Positions 60,660 to 64,000 of a DNA stretch of 64,000 nt are shown here, one piece after another. Both the position numbers and the translations under genes were made by a program. The number at the start of each line of letters is the position of its first letter. The first letter of the stretch is position 1. The notes beneath the pieces were generated by a model. It saw only the letters and a program-made list of their open reading frames with translations. It did not search any database and had not been told where the DNA came from. The stretch comes from an uncultured cyanobacterium (GTDB lineage: Bacteria; Cyanobacteriota; Cyanobacteriia; Pseudanabaenales; Pseudanabaenaceae), in NCBI GenBank assembly GCA_963703315.1, contig OY969811.1, positions 864,001 through 928,000 on the forward strand, read 5' to 3'.

Positions 60660-60735
60660 TATAGAGTTTCTGAAATACGGGTTTGTTTCCCCGCCTTCGG
60701 CGGGGAAACAAACCCGTATACTGAAAAGCGCTATA
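60660..60735. mobile_element. MITE with CCCCGCCTTCGGCGGGG hairpin
   Basis: TATAG.GTTT..hairpin..GAAAAGCGCTATA; same family as 50331-50423. Confidence 0.7.
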
Positions 60736-60829
60736 TGCTTAGAATTTTACTCTTTTATTCCCATCGATAGTAGAGTAGAAGTAGCGTAAGTATTTTTAAC
60801 TACTCTCATAAATTATTGAGGATTGCTAT

Positions 60830-61579
60830 ATGCGATTTTCCATAATTCTTCCATGTCTCAATGAAATTCGGCATGGTTACCTAGATCTTATTTTTGCTAA
60901 TTTGTTTGCCCAAGTATTACCAAAGAATGGGGAAAAAGAAATTATTGCTGTTGTCAGTGCTAGCGACGATGACACAGAAACAGTGCTGGCTCAGTATGCA
61001 GTGCGATCGCCTGATGTCCAAGTGATCCGATCTCTGGGTCAAAATCGCGCTCAGAGACTCAATGATGGCATTAACGCTAGCACAGGAGAGATTATCTTAC
61101 TACATCATCCTGCAACGTTGTTACCAGAGACTATTGCTTTGCAGCTAGTCGAACAGGCTTTTGGAGCAGGACATCATTGGGGGGCATTTAGGCATAGTTT
61201 TGATTTTCCCCATTGGTTATTGCATTTTACGTCTTGGTATTCTGACAATGTGCGCGTTAGCCAAAAGGGGATTGTCTATCTCGATCACTGTCCATTTATT
61301 GATCGCCAAATTTTAACGGCTATTGGTAATGTTCCTGATCTCGATATTTTTGAAGATACGGTGCTTAGCGATCGCTTACGTCAAATCTCTAAGCCTGTGC
61401 TAGCTCAAGGTAAGGTGATCACCTCCGCAAGACGGTTTCACCAGAGGGGCATCTATCGTCATGCTATGCTCAACCAGTTGTTAAAAATATGCTATTACTT
61501 CCGTATTGACCCACGCTGGCTCAATCGTTTGTATGAACAAAAGGCTAGTATTAACGTCAAGTATGATCAGGGAACATAA
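60830..61579 (+). CDS. Glycosyltransferase family 2 (TIGR04283-like)
   Basis: SIILPCLNE, NRAQRLNDG, DIFED, TSARRF. Confidence 0.82.
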   Translation: MRFSIILPCLNEIRHGYLDLIFANLFAQVLPKNGEKEIIAVVSASDDDTETVLAQYAVRSPDVQVIRSLGQNRAQRLNDGINASTGEIILLHHPATLLPETIALQLVEQAFGAGHHWGAFRHSFDFPHWLLHFTSWYSDNVRVSQKGIVYLDHCPFIDRQILTAIGNVPDLDIFEDTVLSDRLRQISKPVLAQGKVITSARRFHQRGIYRHAMLNQLLKICYYFRIDPRWLNRLYEQKASINVKYDQGT

Positions 61580-61581
61580 AA

Positions 61582-62898
61582 TTGAGATGTTCGCCAAATT
61601 TTTATGTTCGGTTTAGATTATTTAATGAGGAGTTTTTAAGGGTGATTGGGTCACATAGTCTCAGCAAAAGTAAATATGACCAATTAGGTAAAAAGCGATC
61701 GCCTAAATCAAAGTCTTGGACATCGCACCTCCACTATGGCGGGGATTTATTATTTGCAACATGGGTCGGTTTGATCTGTGCCGTGCCGCCTTGCTATATG
61801 CAAACTGAGTTTCAATTGCCCGTTGAAGCTGCGGAACTTAAAATTGCTAATGCCGTAGTTCCCATCTCACCAAATGTCGTCAATCCTCTTGCTCTTGATC
61901 TCACTGATGACCTATTAGAGAGTGATCGCCAAAATCTGTTACAGGCGATCGACAATAGCATTCAATATATCCGTACCCCCAATGCTGCCAAACGCTATCC
62001 TGTAGCAGGAATTAGTCTAGAGCGAATGGATCGCAGTTTGGTCAGGTTTCGCCGCCTTGTGCAAGTATCACGCACTGCTAAAGATTTACAACAAGCCGTA
62101 AATCGTGAATTTGATCTCTATCGGTCAGTCGGTCGTGATGGTAAGGGGAATGTTCAATTTACGGGCTATTACGAAGCAGTCTATAAGGCGAGTCGGACAA
62201 AGACTGACGAGTTTAAATATCCTCTGTATCGATTGCCCACCGATTTTGCTCAATGGCGATCGCCTCATCCTACCCGTGCCATGCTCGAAGGTAGTCAGAA
62301 GTTAGCAGGTTCAGAAATTGCATGGTTAAGCGATCGCTTTCAGGCGTTCTTAGTCCATGTGCAAGGCTCGGCAAGATTGGAATTACCTGATGGTGATTTA
62401 TTGACTGTCGGCTATGCAGGTAAAACGGATCAACCCTATCGCTCCGTTGGTGCAGAGATCGTTCGTGATGGCAAAATGCGTCTCGAAGATGTAACCCTGC
62501 AAACCCTAATGGAATATTTCCAAAAAAATCCTCAAGATTTAGTCACTTATCTCAATCGCAATCCTAGCTTTGTGTTTTTCCGAGAAACCAATGGTAAGCC
62601 TGCTCAAGGTAGTCTAGGATTGCCTGTCAGTGCGGAGCGATCGATCGCCACCGATAAAAAAATCTTGCCCTCTGGTGGTATTGCCCTCATCCGCACCGAA
62701 ATTCCCTTTGAAAATCCCACCACAGGTAAATTGGAACTGCGTCCAATCCAACGCTTTGTCCTCGATCAAGATACAGGTGGCGCTATTCGTGGTGCTGGAC
62801 GGGTAGATATTTTTATGGGTACAGGCGATCGCGCCAAACAACGCGCAGGGCTAATCAAAGGTGACGGCGAGTTGTATTATCTTGTATTAAAAAAATAG
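61582..62898 (+). CDS. mltA: Murein lytic transglycosylase A; start uncertain
   Basis: FTGYYE, VHVQGS, NPSFVFF, SIATD, DQDTGGAIRG.GRVDIF. Confidence 0.92.
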   Translation: MRCSPNFYVRFRLFNEEFLRVIGSHSLSKSKYDQLGKKRSPKSKSWTSHLHYGGDLLFATWVGLICAVPPCYMQTEFQLPVEAAELKIANAVVPISPNVVNPLALDLTDDLLESDRQNLLQAIDNSIQYIRTPNAAKRYPVAGISLERMDRSLVRFRRLVQVSRTAKDLQQAVNREFDLYRSVGRDGKGNVQFTGYYEAVYKASRTKTDEFKYPLYRLPTDFAQWRSPHPTRAMLEGSQKLAGSEIAWLSDRFQAFLVHVQGSARLELPDGDLLTVGYAGKTDQPYRSVGAEIVRDGKMRLEDVTLQTLMEYFQKNPQDLVTYLNRNPSFVFFRETNGKPAQGSLGLPVSAERSIATDKKILPSGGIALIRTEIPFENPTTGKLELRPIQRFVLDQDTGGAIRGAGRVDIFMGTGDRAKQRAGLIKGDGELYYLVLKK

Positions 62899-62955
62899 GT
62901 TTAATACCCCTCGCTTCGCGAGGAGTATTAAACCTACTTATAGTTGGAGAATTTT

Positions 62956-63213
62956 ATGCCGATCAATCCTTTTACAGTTAGAATGCAAGTTGCAAGAATG
63001 TTTGAGCAAGGTCAATCACTTTTTGCAGAAATTAAAGTCCAAGATTGGCTAAGAGAGCGCAATCATAATCCTAAAGATTATCTAATTCGCTTTCATCAAA
63101 AAATGGCTCCAGTTGGCTCCACTTCTGCTCTAACTGTAGAGATAGAACTGATTCGCAAAGATGGTCAACCTGTTGATGCATGGCTACAACAAGAAATTAA
63201 TCGCCAAAGCTAA
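62956..63213 (+). CDS. Conserved cyanobacterial hypothetical protein
   Basis: GGAG RBS; KVQDWL, IELIRKDGQPVD.WL. Confidence 0.7.
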   Translation: MPINPFTVRMQVARMFEQGQSLFAEIKVQDWLRERNHNPKDYLIRFHQKMAPVGSTSALTVEIELIRKDGQPVDAWLQQEINRQS

Positions 63214-63375
63214 TTCTAAGTAGCTAGGCATAAAAAAGATGAAGACGCTAAGATTAAGACTCACGACTCTTCCTCACAATAAATAGCGATAAATAGCGTA
63301 AGAAATCATAAATAGGACTTACGCAAAGGAAAAAATTGCGCCTTATATAACTTAAAAAGGTCAAGGGAAAAATAC

Positions 63376-63933
63376 ATGGTCATCACAGCAGCAAAACCCC
63401 ATAGCCTAGAAACATTTCTGGAATTACCTGATACCAAACCCGCCTCAGAATTTATCAACGGACAAATAATCCAAAAACCTATGCCTCAAGGAGAACACAG
63501 TCGCTTACAAGTTAAGTTATGTACAAACATCAACCAAGTCGTTGAAACTCCAAAGATTGCCTATGCTTTTTCGGAATTACGTTGTACTTTTGGAGGAGCC
63601 TCGATCGTTCCTGATGTTTCCGTATTTCGTTGGGAGAGAATTCCCCGCAAATCGTCAGGACGAGTGGCAAACCGTTTTGAAATATATCCCGATTGGGCGA
63701 TCGAGATACTTTCTCCCGATCAGAGACAAAATAAAGTGCTAGCTAATTTGTTGCATTGTGTAGACAATGGCACGGAGTTAGGCTGGTTACTCGATCCTGA
63801 AGATGAGAATATTTTGTTGGTGTTACCTGAGCGGCGCATCCAAATTTTAGAAGGATCGCAGTCTGTACCAGTTCTCAGTGGAATTGATTTGACTTTGACA
63901 GTTACACAGATTTTTGATTGGCTTAGTTTTTAA
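63376..63933 (+). CDS. Uma2 family endonuclease
   Basis: LETFLELPDTKPASEF, ELRC, VPDVSV, PDWAIEILSP, GWLLDP. Confidence 0.92.
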   Translation: MVITAAKPHSLETFLELPDTKPASEFINGQIIQKPMPQGEHSRLQVKLCTNINQVVETPKIAYAFSELRCTFGGASIVPDVSVFRWERIPRKSSGRVANRFEIYPDWAIEILSPDQRQNKVLANLLHCVDNGTELGWLLDPEDENILLVLPERRIQILEGSQSVPVLSGIDLTLTVTQIFDWLSF

Positions 63934-64000
63934 GACTCACGCACCGATAAACCCAAAATAGAGTTGTGACGCTGAGCGTCGCAACTCTATAGCTATAGAA

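Noticed and set aside
63255..63943. TAGGACTTACGCA-like IS ends around the Uma2 gene suggesting a composite element
   Set aside because: Degenerate, in direct orientation, and no TSD found
1..64000. tRNA, rRNA, transposase, integrase or prophage genes
   Set aside because: None recognised by eye; a covariance search was not possible

Overview
Chromosomal window from a cyanobacterium: the HIP1 octamer GCGATCGC is abundant, and pxcA, CRR6, class II FBP/SBPase, a PatA-type regulator and the Yfr1 sRNA are present. It is probably Pseudanabaena-like, which is an inference. The backbone is housekeeping genes (nadA, hisH, surE, pyrR, trxA, ampG, pdhC, phoH, moaD, hemA, glpX, pyrC, mltA, several histidine kinases). 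Accessory regions: (1) an AT-rich, HIP1-poor surface-glycan cluster (~6.4-16.2 kb) containing an unannotated two-gene toxin/immunity-like pair plus gene relics; (2) a probable anti-phage island (~19.0-24.9 kb) with AAA ATPase + DUF4276, HNH nuclease with two small helical partners, and an Hna-like SF2 helicase-nuclease, carrying two MITEs; (3) a partly duplicated hicBA locus beside a Roco (LRR-Roc-COR) gene; (4) a phd/relE pair with Uma2 relics and a NYN gene. Intergenic DNA is full of long GC-cored palindromes, often inside MITE-like shells. Two apparently identical 218-bp MITEs with 6-bp target duplications indicate recent transposition, and MITE sequence has been absorbed into coding ends. 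No rRNA, tRNA, CRISPR array or transposase was seen. Family calls rest on motif recognition only; no searches were run.
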